A stretch of 64,000 nt of DNA, taken from positions 1,600,001 to 1,664,000 of the forward strand of contig OY970160.1 of NCBI GenBank assembly GCA_963706445.1, written 5' to 3'. The stretch's first letter is position 1. Each line of letters starts with the position of its first letter. Shown in pieces: positions 36,182 through 46,190 of the stretch. The DNA is from an uncultured Nitrososphaerales archaeon (lineage in GTDB: Archaea; Thermoproteota; Nitrososphaeria; Nitrososphaerales; Gagatemarchaeaceae). Under the pieces are notes generated by a model. That model was not told the DNA's origin. It saw only the letters and a list, made by a program, of their open reading frames with translations, and ran no database searches. The position numbers and the translations under genes are program-made.

Positions 36182-36997
36182 CTAGGTTCGCAAACTCATG
36201 GACTTCATGGTCGGGGCGGCGGGTGCGGCCAGGAACCAGGCCGAATCGAAGGATGCCGCGAGCATCTTCACGAATGACTCCCCGTTTGACCAGAGCGCGA
36301 CGTGTTCTGTGATGTCCTCTTCCAGGGCATCGTTGATCGCAAGAGCCACTGAGCCAACCTTCATGTCGTAAATCGACGCGTTGGTCGACTGATTTCTTAC
36401 GTGACGGACCTCGGCTATTTTGCCCAGAATCCTGATGTCTTTGGCGTTTGCCCTGGTGATCTCGGTTATCACCCTGAACCTCACACCTTCCTTCGCCTTC
36501 TGGCTCATGACCGAGACGAAGTCCCTGAACCTGCTCAGCCGGATGAGGCCATTGGATGACATGAGGAATGATACTTCGGTGGTGCATCCTGATATCGATT
36601 CTATCATGCGGAGATAGGTCCTGACCCTTCCCTTCATCACAGAGAAGGTTTCCGCATTAGGTGGCGTTTCTCGTTCCGATTGGGAAAGATTGGTCAGGAC
36701 CGAGTCCCTCATCTCTTCAAGTTTTCTCAGTTTGACGGTCTGAAGGTTGAACAGGCGGTCAATTGCGTCCCTGGGATCAATCGGCTTGAACTTCGTTGGC
36801 GAGTCGACGGTCGGGTCTACCAGCCCCAGCAGCTGAAGCCTCTGCAAGAGATGATGTGTGTTGCTTCGCTCCTTTTCGGCCAGGGCCGCAATTTCGGTCG
36901 TGGTGGCGACGCCAAGTCTTGCTGCCGCGAGGTACACCTTGGCTTCCGAGCTTGTTAGGCCCATGTCCACAAGAGCAGTCAGAAGCTCGCTGCTCAT
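36182..36997 (-). CDS. TrmB family transcriptional regulator
   Basis: GLTSSEAKVY HTH, PTKFKPIDP and a PLD-like effector domain (GVRFRVIT). Start taken as ATG at 36997. Confidence 0.88.
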   Translation of the reverse strand: MSSELLTALVDMGLTSSEAKVYLAAARLGVATTTEIAALAEKERSNTHHLLQRLQLLGLVDPTVDSPTKFKPIDPRDAIDRLFNLQTVKLRKLEEMRDSVLTNLSQSERETPPNAETFSVMKGRVRTYLRMIESISGCTTEVSFLMSSNGLIRLSRFRDFVSVMSQKAKEGVRFRVITEITRANAKDIRILGKIAEVRHVRNQSTNASIYDMKVGSVALAINDALEEDITEHVALWSNGESFVKMLAASFDSAWFLAAPAAPTMKSMSLRT

Positions 36998-37000
36998 GTT

Positions 37001-37022
37001 GTGTGTGTTGTGTAACACACAC
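37001..37022. promoter_or_regulatory. Palindromic site between divergent trmB-like and parB-like genes
   Basis: GTGTGTGTT-gtgt-AACACACAC, perfect 9-bp arms. Confidence 0.55.
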
Positions 37023-37048
37023 TTATCCTTTTATTCGCTGAGAACCTC

Positions 37049-37963
37049 TTGGCTGCCGTGGTCACTCGCCTGAATGACTACCTCAACGCCGTCAGTGTTT
37101 TTGAGCGCCTCGAAATAGGGCTGATTTCATTTTCTCCCAATCCGATAAGGCAACACAAGGATGATGATCTGTTCGACCTGACTGCTTCAATCCAAGAGCA
37201 CGGGCTTTTGGAGCCGATCATAGTCAGGCCGAAGGGGAATGGGTTCGAGGTAGTTGCCGGCAACCGTCGCCTCAAGGCATGCCGGCTTCTCAGGTTTCGC
37301 AGGGTCAATTGCATTGTCTCCAATCTTGACGATGCCGACGCCTATGAGGTATCACTGATCGAGAACGTGCAGAGACGGACCCTCAACCCCCTCGATGAAG
37401 CAGAGGCCTTCAAGAAGTACTGCAAAGAGTTCGGCTGGGGGAGCCAGACCAAGCTTGCGAAGAAGCTGGGGAAGAGTCAGGAATACATTTCGCATCGGCT
37501 CAAGCTCCTTGACCTGCCGGAAGAAGCAAAACAAGAGTTGCTCAGCGGGAGGCTGAGCCCAGCGGCCGCGCAAGAGCTCGTCTGGCTGAAGTCAGATGAC
37601 AGGTGCATCGCCGCCCTTGGATTTCTGAAGGAGACCGAATTGAACACCAGAACGGTAAGGAGGTTGGTCCGCGACCTCAACGCGCCGGAGTCCTCCCGAA
37701 TAGGGACCGGCTTCGAGGTCTCCCCTAACGAATACAACAACGGCCAGGGGAAGAACTTCATCGAAGAAGCCGTCCTGATCATGAGGATCTCACTGGCAAG
37801 GCTTGACTGGCTGGTGACGAAGGTCCCAGACGCTCAGTTGAAGACAGTCCTGCTCATGAAAAGGTCTGCGCTGAACAGCATAATCGACGATTTGATTCGG
37901 ATAAAGATGAGCGAAATCTACCAGTCGCGTACGACTCCGGCGATCGCACTCAGGGCCGGCTAG
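37049..37963 (+). CDS. ParB/RepB/Spo0J family protein (orphan)
   Basis: SIQEHGLLEPIIVRP, VAGNRRLKA (box II), LIENVQR and an HTH (SQTKLAKKLGKSQEYIS). Confidence 0.92.
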   Translation: MAAVVTRLNDYLNAVSVFERLEIGLISFSPNPIRQHKDDDLFDLTASIQEHGLLEPIIVRPKGNGFEVVAGNRRLKACRLLRFRRVNCIVSNLDDADAYEVSLIENVQRRTLNPLDEAEAFKKYCKEFGWGSQTKLAKKLGKSQEYISHRLKLLDLPEEAKQELLSGRLSPAAAQELVWLKSDDRCIAALGFLKETELNTRTVRRLVRDLNAPESSRIGTGFEVSPNEYNNGQGKNFIEEAVLIMRISLARLDWLVTKVPDAQLKTVLLMKRSALNSIIDDLIRIKMSEIYQSRTTPAIALRAG

Positions 37964-37979
37964 TGCGCATTCGAATCTC

Positions 37980-39158
37980 TCATCGCTGAGAGAGGTATTC
38001 GATGATCGAGTCGTGGGCGATTGCAATTGAGGTGAGCAGAGCCTCCTCAGCCTCCGCCGCGCCAGCGCATTTCTTCCATTCCTCCGAATGGCCTGGAAGC
38101 CCTTCCCGCCCGACTTTGACCGAGAGGTGCACCGTCGGGATTATCTGCGAAACGTTCGAAATGTCGCTGGAAGCGACGGCGAGGTTCGACCATGACTCGT
38201 CGGGGGAGCCCACTTTGTCCAAGTATTCTGACGCGTGCTTGTAGTACAATCCTTCAAGTTCAGGGTGTCGTTTGAACGAGTCGAGAAACTTTCCAAGCCG
38301 GGTCCATTCTACCGTGCATCCGGTCATGGTCGCCGCCCCCTGTGCTATCTGCAGTATCCTCCCTTCAAGCTCGAGCACGTAGGACGTGTCATTCGAGCGG
38401 ATGTCCATCCAAACCTCCGATCTTCCGGGAACGACGTTTGGCAGAGCACCTCCGTCCTTTATGATGGCGCTCAGAATCACGTCCTTGTCCCTCCTAACCA
38501 GATTGCGCAGCATCTTCGCCTGCATGTAGAACTGTACGGCTGCATCCAGAGCATTCAGTCCGTCCTGCGGCGAAAGCGCTGCGTGCGAGTCCCTTCCATG
38601 GAAGACGAATGAGATCCGGGTTGACGCTAGCATCCGCCACCCCACCCCCCACACTCCCATGGGGTGCATCGAGAAGACGGCCTCCGTGCCGAGTTCCTTG
38701 AGCCTGGGGCCGATGGCGATTTTGGATTGGGCGTACTTGCCGTATCCCTCTTCTGCGGGGCTCCCGGCCACGTAGAGCGTCCCGCGCGGGAGCCCTTCCT
38801 TGGCCAGTGAAGCGGCGACGCCGAAGGCCCATGCGGCCATCAGGTTGTGGCCGCAGCCATGGCCGATGGGAAGGGCGTCGTACTCGGCGAAGATCGCGAC
38901 CTTTGGTTCCCCGCTCCCCATCTCGGCCAGAAAGGACGTCTCCATTCCGAGGAAGTTGTCTGTCACCTTGAAACCTTTGTCTCCCAGCTTCGAAGTGAGC
39001 AGTTTCGATGCTTGGAACTCCTCGCTCCCGAGCTCTGGATGCGCGTAAACGAAGCGAGAGACACCCCTAATCTCGCTGTCCAGGTCGCTCACGGCAGATG
39101 GTAGCTCCTTCTTTCTGGCGGTGATGTATCCAAGATCCTGCGAGATGTCTGCGTTCAT
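37980..39158 (-). CDS. M20 family amidohydrolase (AbgB/PM20D2-like)
   Basis: HPELGSEE, EYDALP-GHGCGHN, PAEEG, HAA..P..G.NALDAA and SSDISNVS. Confidence 0.9.
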   Translation of the reverse strand: MNADISQDLGYITARKKELPSAVSDLDSEIRGVSRFVYAHPELGSEEFQASKLLTSKLGDKGFKVTDNFLGMETSFLAEMGSGEPKVAIFAEYDALPIGHGCGHNLMAAWAFGVAASLAKEGLPRGTLYVAGSPAEEGYGKYAQSKIAIGPRLKELGTEAVFSMHPMGVWGVGWRMLASTRISFVFHGRDSHAALSPQDGLNALDAAVQFYMQAKMLRNLVRRDKDVILSAIIKDGGALPNVVPGRSEVWMDIRSNDTSYVLELEGRILQIAQGAATMTGCTVEWTRLGKFLDSFKRHPELEGLYYKHASEYLDKVGSPDESWSNLAVASSDISNVSQIIPTVHLSVKVGREGLPGHSEEWKKCAGAAEAEEALLTSIAIAHDSIIEYLSQR

Positions 39159-39311
39159 TCAATCTGTTGCTCGTTCCAAGATATTAATGGATTCTGAAAG
39201 AGGGTCTTTGCAAAGGAGCCGGTCCTGACAGGGCGGTCAACCTTCGTTCTACTCTTCAGATTTGTCGCTCGGCCTGAAACCCGTTTATATCGCCGCTTGA
39301 TAATTTCGTTC

Positions 39312-39818
39312 GTGCCTGGCGAAGAAGAGCTCGCAAAGGTGGTCAAGGAGTACTTGCAGAAAAGGGGCCAAGCCACCGACAAGGAGTTCCTGTTGGCGAC
39401 CGAACGATCCGATTTGAGAATAGTAAGCGGGCTCAAGTTCGAGGCCCGCAGGCGACAGTTCATGTTCTATGTTGATGAGCCGCCGGAAAGAGGAGGAACG
39501 GACGCGGGCCCTAGTCCATTGGCTTACTTCATTGCAGGGGCTGCGTCGTGCCTTCTCAATCAGTTTTCTATGTTGGCCATGGGGAGGGACATTCGGCTGC
39601 GTGGGACGTTGTCTGCCAGGGCCAACTTCGACAGGAGGCTCGGAGGGTCCTTCGAGTCGATCGAATACGACATCAAGCTGGAAAGCACAGCGCCTGCGGA
39701 CGAAATTCTCAGGATTTCCAAGGAGGCGCTTGGCATGTGCTACGCCAACAACACGCTGAGGCGGGCAGGCGTCATCATAACGGCTATCGTCTCTCTGAAC
39801 GGGAAACCGGTCTCATAG
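39312..39818 (+). CDS. OsmC family protein
   Basis: DEPPERGGTDAGPSP, GAASC and second Cys in CYANNTL; GTG start about 23 nt after TTTATAT. Confidence 0.85.
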   Translation: MPGEEELAKVVKEYLQKRGQATDKEFLLATERSDLRIVSGLKFEARRRQFMFYVDEPPERGGTDAGPSPLAYFIAGAASCLLNQFSMLAMGRDIRLRGTLSARANFDRRLGGSFESIEYDIKLESTAPADEILRISKEALGMCYANNTLRRAGVIITAIVSLNGKPVS

Positions 39819-39833
39819 GTCGCGAGACAGCCG

Positions 39834-40784
39834 CTAGCCCGAAAGGAATTGGAACGAATCAACCTTCTTTTCTCCTAGAGTCACGAGCACACTGCGCAGA
39901 ATACCCTCTGAGTACTCGCTCCCCGGATTCAGGCAGACCGTCCTCCCGATTTTGTCAACGCCTCTCGACTCGTGGATGTGGCCGTGTAACGAAAGTACGG
40001 GTTGGTAGGTTTCAATTGCCTTCTTGACCGCTGAGGATCCTCCGGCGGCGTCTACCCCGGCTATCGGTTTTGGCGGGTCGAACGAGGTGTCCAGCTTGGT
40101 GCATCGGTCGAGCATGGTATCGATGGGCGGGCAATGAAGGTTGAATATCGCAGACTCTCTGTTTTGCACCTTCTGGGCCATCGAGTCGATTTTGGAGTAA
40201 AGCTCGTCTTCTGTGATGTCCCTCGGACATTTCCAAGGAGTGATATTGGTGTAGCCCGAGGAGATCATTTCGTGGGTCTCTCCGATTATCTGGACCTTGT
40301 TTTCCGCGAAGATTAACGACTCTGACGCTGCTAACACTTCGTCGAGTTCGAGGTAGTCATCGTTCCCGCCAGTGACGTAGACGTCGATACCGATTCCGGC
40401 AAGCCTTTCCTTCGCAATCCTGCTCCATTCCTTCAACCTCTTCGCTGTGGCATAGTGGAAGAGCGAGTTCGAATATTCCAAGTCAGTCCCAAGCTTGGCG
40501 ACTTCCTCTTCGGAGAGGTCCACCGGATAGTATCCGCAGTCCTCGATCGCTTTCCATACTTCCTGCCGTTTCGCATCCGAGTCAATCGTATGCACTTGAC
40601 CGTTGAATTCTGCCGTCGCTAGACCGTTGGACTTCACGACTGGTACGACAACCTTTCCAGTCAGGTCTCCCCCGATTATCCCCACGTCGGCCTTGTAGAG
40701 CTTTAGGGCGTTGAGGAACTTAAGAAAAGCTCTCCGCGACCCATGGAGGTCGGTCACGAAGAGTATTCTGACAGGCTTCGCCAT
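39834..40784 (-). CDS. Icc-related metallophosphoesterase
   Basis: TDLHGS, GGDLTGK, GNDD, HCPP, HGHIHES and NPGSEY. Confidence 0.9.
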   Translation of the reverse strand: MAKPVRILFVTDLHGSRRAFLKFLNALKLYKADVGIIGGDLTGKVVVPVVKSNGLATAEFNGQVHTIDSDAKRQEVWKAIEDCGYYPVDLSEEEVAKLGTDLEYSNSLFHYATAKRLKEWSRIAKERLAGIGIDVYVTGGNDDYLELDEVLAASESLIFAENKVQIIGETHEMISSGYTNITPWKCPRDITEDELYSKIDSMAQKVQNRESAIFNLHCPPIDTMLDRCTKLDTSFDPPKPIAGVDAAGGSSAVKKAIETYQPVLSLHGHIHESRGVDKIGRTVCLNPGSEYSEGILRSVLVTLGEKKVDSFQFLSG

Positions 40785-40832
40785 ACTAACTCCTTCATTC
40801 TATGATTTCTGGCGCAATAAAGGTTAATGAGG

Positions 40833-42452
40833 TCACTCGGGCGGAATTTCCTTGTAGGCAAGGCCGATGTCTATACCCCTCTTCTTCTGGTACCACTTGA
40901 AGCCGAAGTACCAAAGGAGCCCTACTAGTGCGATACCAAAGATGATCCCCAACCCGTTATACCCGAGGCTTACCTCCAGCTCGGGGATGACGACATATCC
41001 CACGAAGACGAACATGACCAAGGCGAATACGATTAACGAGGATATGAAAAGCAACCCTTTGTACTTGGCAACCAGTGAGTTCTTGTAGATTGACGGGTTC
41101 GTCCATTGGAATAGCATACCGGATAAGCTTGTGCCGAAGAATATGATGGGCCCAGTCCAGACTGCCACGTCGGTCCAGAACGCAATTTGAGCCGGAGTGA
41201 AGTCTACTATGGCAGCCCAGACCAAGACCACAATTGAGGACAGCACTAGGGCGTTCAACGGTGTCTTGAACTTCCTGTTAGGAGAGGACAGAGCAAATGG
41301 TAAGGCGCCGTCGATCGATCCGGCCAGCAGGTATCTGCTCATGTTGGTGATGAAAAGCTGAGCCATGAAGTACCCCGCGACCATAAACCCCACCGATGCA
41401 AGGAACATCACGATCACGTTGCTAGTTGTCATTAACGTGAGAAGCCCGAACGATGGATAGAAGCTGAGAGCTGGTGTGAAGGTTATACCCTGAAACGCCG
41501 CCGCGCTTAGAAATGATGACCCGAGACCGTGTTGGAACCCGGCGAGTTCAGGTATCATCAGGAAGAACGCTTGGAAAGCCCCTCCGGCTACGAATGTTAG
41601 GAACAGGTTCCTGAAATTGTTCGCCCCCTTAATTTCCCCAAAGAACGGCGCGGTCCAGACGGTCCAGAACAAGAAGGAAGTCGCGATGATTATCGCTAGG
41701 TAGATTGTATGCAGCCAACTGAAGGCGGGCGCAGTGAACCCCGCCGATGATGCAGCGTTGATGAGGTTGCCATAAGTGTTTGAAGTCCCGTTGAGAATGA
41801 GGCCGTAGTGATTGAAGTTGGTTTCAAAGGATGACGGAGTCGACGAGAACAGAAGAACCGCTATGACCACTCCAGAAATGATGATTATTGGAAACAGGAT
41901 ATACCTCTGCGAGCGGCCAACCCACTTCAGGCCGGCCACGTTAGCAGCCAAGGCCAACAGGACAAATATGACTGCTATGGTGAAGAGTCCCCAAGGGGAA
42001 CCGGCCCAGGTTCCAGCCGATATCAGCCAAGCGTTCCCCGTCGCAGCCCCAGCCATGGTTAGGAATGGGGAGAATCCAAGTTCAGCTGAGGACAACATGA
42101 GAATTACCAAGAAGACAGGCGCCTGTAAGAAGACGTCCAATGAGATGACGCTGAGAAACGAAAGAATGGGATGAACCCCCCTGCTCTGGAACACATAATC
42201 CCCGCCGGACCTCGGCATCATTGAACCGAAGCTGGCGTACAAAGCATAGGCAGCGAAAGATAGGGCGAATCCAATGATCACTGCGGTTGTCCAGTCGGCT
42301 CCTGGAAGCAGGAATTCGTAGAGTGGGAACAGGAAGAAGTTAGCCGCGAATGGAATTGCGAGACTTATTCCGAAGATGAAAGCGTCGCGTAATGATACGT
42401 CCCGGACAACGCCTGACGTCTTCCTTGCGAAAGCCCCATGGGTTTCGGCCAA
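40833..42452 (-). CDS. APC family permease (archaeal type)
   Basis: FARKTSGVVR, MPRSGGDYV, GEIK, about 12 TM segments and a YKEIPPE C-terminus. Confidence 0.9.
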   Translation of the reverse strand: MAETHGAFARKTSGVVRDVSLRDAFIFGISLAIPFAANFFLFPLYEFLLPGADWTTAVIIGFALSFAAYALYASFGSMMPRSGGDYVFQSRGVHPILSFLSVISLDVFLQAPVFLVILMLSSAELGFSPFLTMAGAATGNAWLISAGTWAGSPWGLFTIAVIFVLLALAANVAGLKWVGRSQRYILFPIIIISGVVIAVLLFSSTPSSFETNFNHYGLILNGTSNTYGNLINAASSAGFTAPAFSWLHTIYLAIIIATSFLFWTVWTAPFFGEIKGANNFRNLFLTFVAGGAFQAFFLMIPELAGFQHGLGSSFLSAAAFQGITFTPALSFYPSFGLLTLMTTSNVIVMFLASVGFMVAGYFMAQLFITNMSRYLLAGSIDGALPFALSSPNRKFKTPLNALVLSSIVVLVWAAIVDFTPAQIAFWTDVAVWTGPIIFFGTSLSGMLFQWTNPSIYKNSLVAKYKGLLFISSLIVFALVMFVFVGYVVIPELEVSLGYNGLGIIFGIALVGLLWYFGFKWYQKKRGIDIGLAYKEIPPE

Positions 42453-42535
42453 GGCCAGCGCACCATTTCACGGTTTAAGGACTTAAGCCTTTATCCCGGC
42501 TCGATGTCTCGGCGAGAACTACTCTCTACGCTTGT

Positions 42536-43369
42536 CTAGAGGTCGTCGACCTCGCGGTACCAAGGCTTTGAAGTCCCTACCGCGGCCCTGATCTTCCAGT
42601 CGGGTGTCTTCTGCTCAGCTTCGATGGCGCTTGTCAGTGCGTTGACCTTCCGGCCTATCGTCTCCCACTGCTCAGGGCTCAGCTTGTTCTCCTGCACCAG
42701 GCTTGGGCCCAGGTTCATCAGATGAGAAAGGTTGTTTGTAGCGTCGTACCAGAAACCCCAGTCGTTCGCAAGTACGCCTGCGATGTACTTCGCGTCGACC
42801 GCGTTTGGCTGCGCTCCCTGAGCTATGTCGTGACCCAGAAAGAGGACCATCAGATCGATGAGATCCTTCCTGTTGATCTGGTGGATCTGCAACTTTTCCA
42901 AAACTATGTCTGCGAGGGTCAGAGTGGGGTAGTCAAGCTGGAGTCGGGCGTGCCCTGGGTAGTCTCCGAACCTCAGGATGTGGCTAAACTCCAGTGTCTC
43001 GAAGAATACGTCTATCGGAAAGCGCGACTTCGGATGGAAGTAGACAAGCCTCCTGTCCCCGAACAACGCGTTGACCATTCTATCAGGTTTGAGGCCACAC
43101 CCTTTCTCAAGAATGTCCCGGATCTGTTTCCACTGCTTGTTGTACCCTATAAGATCCAAGTCGGTGAAGGGAGGCTTGCCATCACCCAGTCTTCCCAGGG
43201 TAAGTTGGAGCCTCTTGCACTCTTCGTTCTCGACCGAATGGGCGTATATCGCGAGGCCCCCCATGATCCTCAGGGTGATTTCCTTGGCTTCTGCTGCCTT
43301 GACGATCTCGATGGACTCGGCCAGGAGCTGTTCCGGGGGGATATTGACGGGGCTTCGCTCTAGGGACAA
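42536..43369 (-). CDS. Uncharacterised nucleotidyltransferase-fold protein
   Basis: LRIMGGLAI...TDLDL...IDVF fits the Pol-beta superfamily hGG...DhD...D pattern; KLQI, KDLIDL and WYREV. Confidence 0.7.
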   Translation of the reverse strand: MSLERSPVNIPPEQLLAESIEIVKAAEAKEITLRIMGGLAIYAHSVENEECKRLQLTLGRLGDGKPPFTDLDLIGYNKQWKQIRDILEKGCGLKPDRMVNALFGDRRLVYFHPKSRFPIDVFFETLEFSHILRFGDYPGHARLQLDYPTLTLADIVLEKLQIHQINRKDLIDLMVLFLGHDIAQGAQPNAVDAKYIAGVLANDWGFWYDATNNLSHLMNLGPSLVQENKLSPEQWETIGRKVNALTSAIEAEQKTPDWKIRAAVGTSKPWYREVDDL

Positions 43370-43409
43370 ACCTGAAACGAGCTTCCCTTAGGGACGATAG
43401 AAAAGGGTT

Positions 43410-43811
43410 CTAACCAACGAACCTCAGCAGGAACTTTGTGAAGAATCCTCCACTGTTGACAATCTGCTGGGACATCTTGTTTAGCCGCACCAGGTAGGTA
43501 ACAGGCCCAGACACCTCGACCTTCCTCATGAAGAAGGCCTCGTCCTGCTTTAGTTCTCCCTTCATTATCTGTATGAACGACTCGCTGTCGGATCTTATCG
43601 TCGCGGTTGGGGATTCCTTCCTCCCGCCATGCACGGAGAGCTTGCCGCCATTAAAGTCGAGGAAGAACTCCCTGCCGTCGTCAATCTCGAATTGGATGGT
43701 GGTGTTGTCGGGCATCAACTCGTTGAGATCCTTCCTCCGGTTGGCGAGCACCACGAACATCTTGAGCGCCCGTTCAAGCCCGATGGCGGCCAATTGGAGC
43801 TGACTCGCCAC
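43410..43811 (-). CDS. SCP2 sterol-carrier domain protein
   Basis: PTATIRSDSESFIQIMKGEL...AFFMRKVEVSG pattern. Confidence 0.8.
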   Translation of the reverse strand: MASQLQLAAIGLERALKMFVVLANRRKDLNELMPDNTTIQFEIDDGREFFLDFNGGKLSVHGGRKESPTATIRSDSESFIQIMKGELKQDEAFFMRKVEVSGPVTYLVRLNKMSQQIVNSGGFFTKFLLRFVG

Positions 43812-46190
43812 CTACTTGATTGCCTTGAGCACTTTCTCTGGAGTCATCGGCAGGGAAGTGACCCTGGCTTTGACAGCATCGGCGATGGCGTTGGCGACCG
43901 CAGGCGCAACGGGGACCAGGGCCGCCTCGGCGATCCCCTTCGCTCCGAATGGCCCGTTAGGGTCTCTCTTCTCGACGAAGATTACTTTGACCGGGGGCAT
44001 GTCAGGGGCCCTCAGGATGAAGTAGTCTCGGAAGTCCTTGACCAGGGTGACCCCCTTCTCGATTCGCATGTCCTCCCACAGGGCGAGGCCCAAGCCGTGG
44101 AGGACGGCGCCCTCGATCTGTCCCTCTGCGGTCGTAGGGTTGATGACCCTCCCCACATCGTGGGCCGCGACCAGGTTCAGGATCTTGACTTTGCCAGTCT
44201 CTGGATTGACCTCGACCTCGACCGCGTGGCAGGCGAAGGTGTAGGCGATGCTGGGACCGGGCTCTTTCCACATCCCGGTCTTCGGGTCGATGAGGGTCGA
44301 TGGGGTGTCGTAGATTCCGACTGTAATCAGGTTCTTCGGCTTCCCAGCGCCGTAGTAAGCATACTTGGCGACCTCGCGGAGGGTGACCTTGATGTCAGGG
44401 TCGCTCTTAGAGAAGACGACAGAGTTGCTCATGTCGAGATCTTCGGCTGGCAGGTTGAGCAGCTCCGAGGCCAGTGAAAAGATGTCTTCCTTCATCTTCT
44501 CCGCGGCTATGCAGACAGCGTTGCCCCCAGTGAAAGTTGACCTGCTGGCATAGGCGCCGAGGTCGAAGGCAGGCAGGTCAGTGTCACCGGCCACGACCCT
44601 GATCTCTTCGAACTTCGCCCCCAGGGCATCTGCGCAGATCTGAGCGAGAATCGTCCAGGCCCCTGTCCCCAGGTCTTGGGAGCCTGCGAATATCGTGACG
44701 CTCCCGTCGTCGTTAACCTTGAGTGTGCATGACGAGCCTTCGATGTTGCCGTAGGCCCCTCTCTCCCCCGTGCTGTGTATCAGGCATGCGAGGCCCAAGC
44801 CCCTGTTCGGCACCGGGTGTTGCTTCTTCTCGTACCAGCCGATTGCCTCGGTGGCCTTCTCGATGCACTCGGTGAGGGCTGCGCTCTGGGGCATCCTCCA
44901 GCCGTGCGCTGTAGTGTCACCAGGCCTGTTGGCATTAAGGAGACGAAGCTTGACCGGGTCAAGGCCGAGCCTCTCAGCGATCATGTCCATTTGGGACTCG
45001 ATGGCGAAGGACGCCTGGGGGTTACCGAAGCCCCTGTAGGCTGACGGCGGCTGCTTGTTGGTGTAGACCAGCTTCGCGTCGAACTTGACGGCCTTGGGTC
45101 TGTACAGGCTGGCGGACGGATAGCAGATGGCGAAGAATGCGACTGCGGCGCCCTGGCACATGTAGGCCCCCTTGTCTACGAGAATCTTCACTTCCCTGGC
45201 CATTATCTCCCCTGACTTCTTCAGACCGGTCTTGACGGTCATCCTGTACGGGTGGCGGCAGCCCGTCGCCATGAACTCCTCTTCCCTGGACAATATCAGG
45301 CTGACCGGAGCGCGGGCGACCTTCGAGAGCTGGGAGCAGATAATCATGAACGGCTCTAGTTCGTTCTTCGAGCCGAACGCACCTCCGACCCACTTGGAGA
45401 TCAGCCTAATCTTGCTCTCGGGCATGTCGAGGACCTTGGCCAGCTCGAGCCTGATTGTGTGAGGGGTCTGGACTCCGGACCAAACCGTCAGGTTCCCTTC
45501 GGAGTCCCATTTGCACACGCAGCCGTGGGTCTCCATGCACGCCTGGTGCTGGTGCTGCGTGCTGAAGGTGTCCTCGAAGACGTGGTCGGATTCCTTGAGG
45601 GCCCGGTCGAAGTCGCCCCAAGTCCCGTGGAGGTGAGCGGCAAGGTTGTCTTTGATCTCGTCATGGACCAAGGGCGCCTTGGGCTTGACGGCCTCGTCTA
45701 TCTCTGTCACGGCAGGGAGGGCCTCGTATTCGACCTCGATGAGCGACAGGGCCCTGATCGCCGTGTCCTCGTCAACCGCTGCGACCGCAGCGATCTCGTC
45801 CCCGATGAACCTGACCTTCCCTCTTGCCAGAGGATGTTTGTCGGCCCTCGGCGGAGGCATCAGACCTCTAAGCGCAGATTCACCGCCCTTCTCTGGAGGC
45901 ACCTTCCGTCCGTCCTCGAATTCAGCGAAGTTGAAGGTGTACCTTACCGGGATGTCCTCGCCGGTAAGCACGGCTCTCACACCCGGAAGAGCCCGGGCTT
46001 TCGCCGTGTTGACCTTCAGAATCTTCGCGTGTTGGAAGGGGCTGCGGAGGATTTTTCCAACAAGCTGACCTGGAAGATGGATATCGAGGCCGTATTCGGC
46101 CTCCCCGGTCACCTTGGCCCTGGCATCGATCTTCGGCACCCGCTTGCCGACTACAGTCTCAGCTATCTTCTCGATCGTTACCTGGCTCAT
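43812..46190 (-). CDS. Xanthine dehydrogenase family molybdopterin-binding large subunit
   Basis: KVTGEAEY, GGAFGSK, AYRGFGNPQ, GQIEGA and GAKGIAE. Start taken as ATG at 46190. Confidence 0.92.
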   Translation of the reverse strand: MSQVTIEKIAETVVGKRVPKIDARAKVTGEAEYGLDIHLPGQLVGKILRSPFQHAKILKVNTAKARALPGVRAVLTGEDIPVRYTFNFAEFEDGRKVPPEKGGESALRGLMPPPRADKHPLARGKVRFIGDEIAAVAAVDEDTAIRALSLIEVEYEALPAVTEIDEAVKPKAPLVHDEIKDNLAAHLHGTWGDFDRALKESDHVFEDTFSTQHQHQACMETHGCVCKWDSEGNLTVWSGVQTPHTIRLELAKVLDMPESKIRLISKWVGGAFGSKNELEPFMIICSQLSKVARAPVSLILSREEEFMATGCRHPYRMTVKTGLKKSGEIMAREVKILVDKGAYMCQGAAVAFFAICYPSASLYRPKAVKFDAKLVYTNKQPPSAYRGFGNPQASFAIESQMDMIAERLGLDPVKLRLLNANRPGDTTAHGWRMPQSAALTECIEKATEAIGWYEKKQHPVPNRGLGLACLIHSTGERGAYGNIEGSSCTLKVNDDGSVTIFAGSQDLGTGAWTILAQICADALGAKFEEIRVVAGDTDLPAFDLGAYASRSTFTGGNAVCIAAEKMKEDIFSLASELLNLPAEDLDMSNSVVFSKSDPDIKVTLREVAKYAYYGAGKPKNLITVGIYDTPSTLIDPKTGMWKEPGPSIAYTFACHAVEVEVNPETGKVKILNLVAAHDVGRVINPTTAEGQIEGAVLHGLGLALWEDMRIEKGVTLVKDFRDYFILRAPDMPPVKVIFVEKRDPNGPFGAKGIAEAALVPVAPAVANAIADAVKARVTSLPMTPEKVLKAIK

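Noticed and set aside
43812-46190. Aerobic CO dehydrogenase (coxL)
   Set aside because: The active-site loop is AYRGFG, not AYxCSFR (form I) or AYRGAGR (form II).
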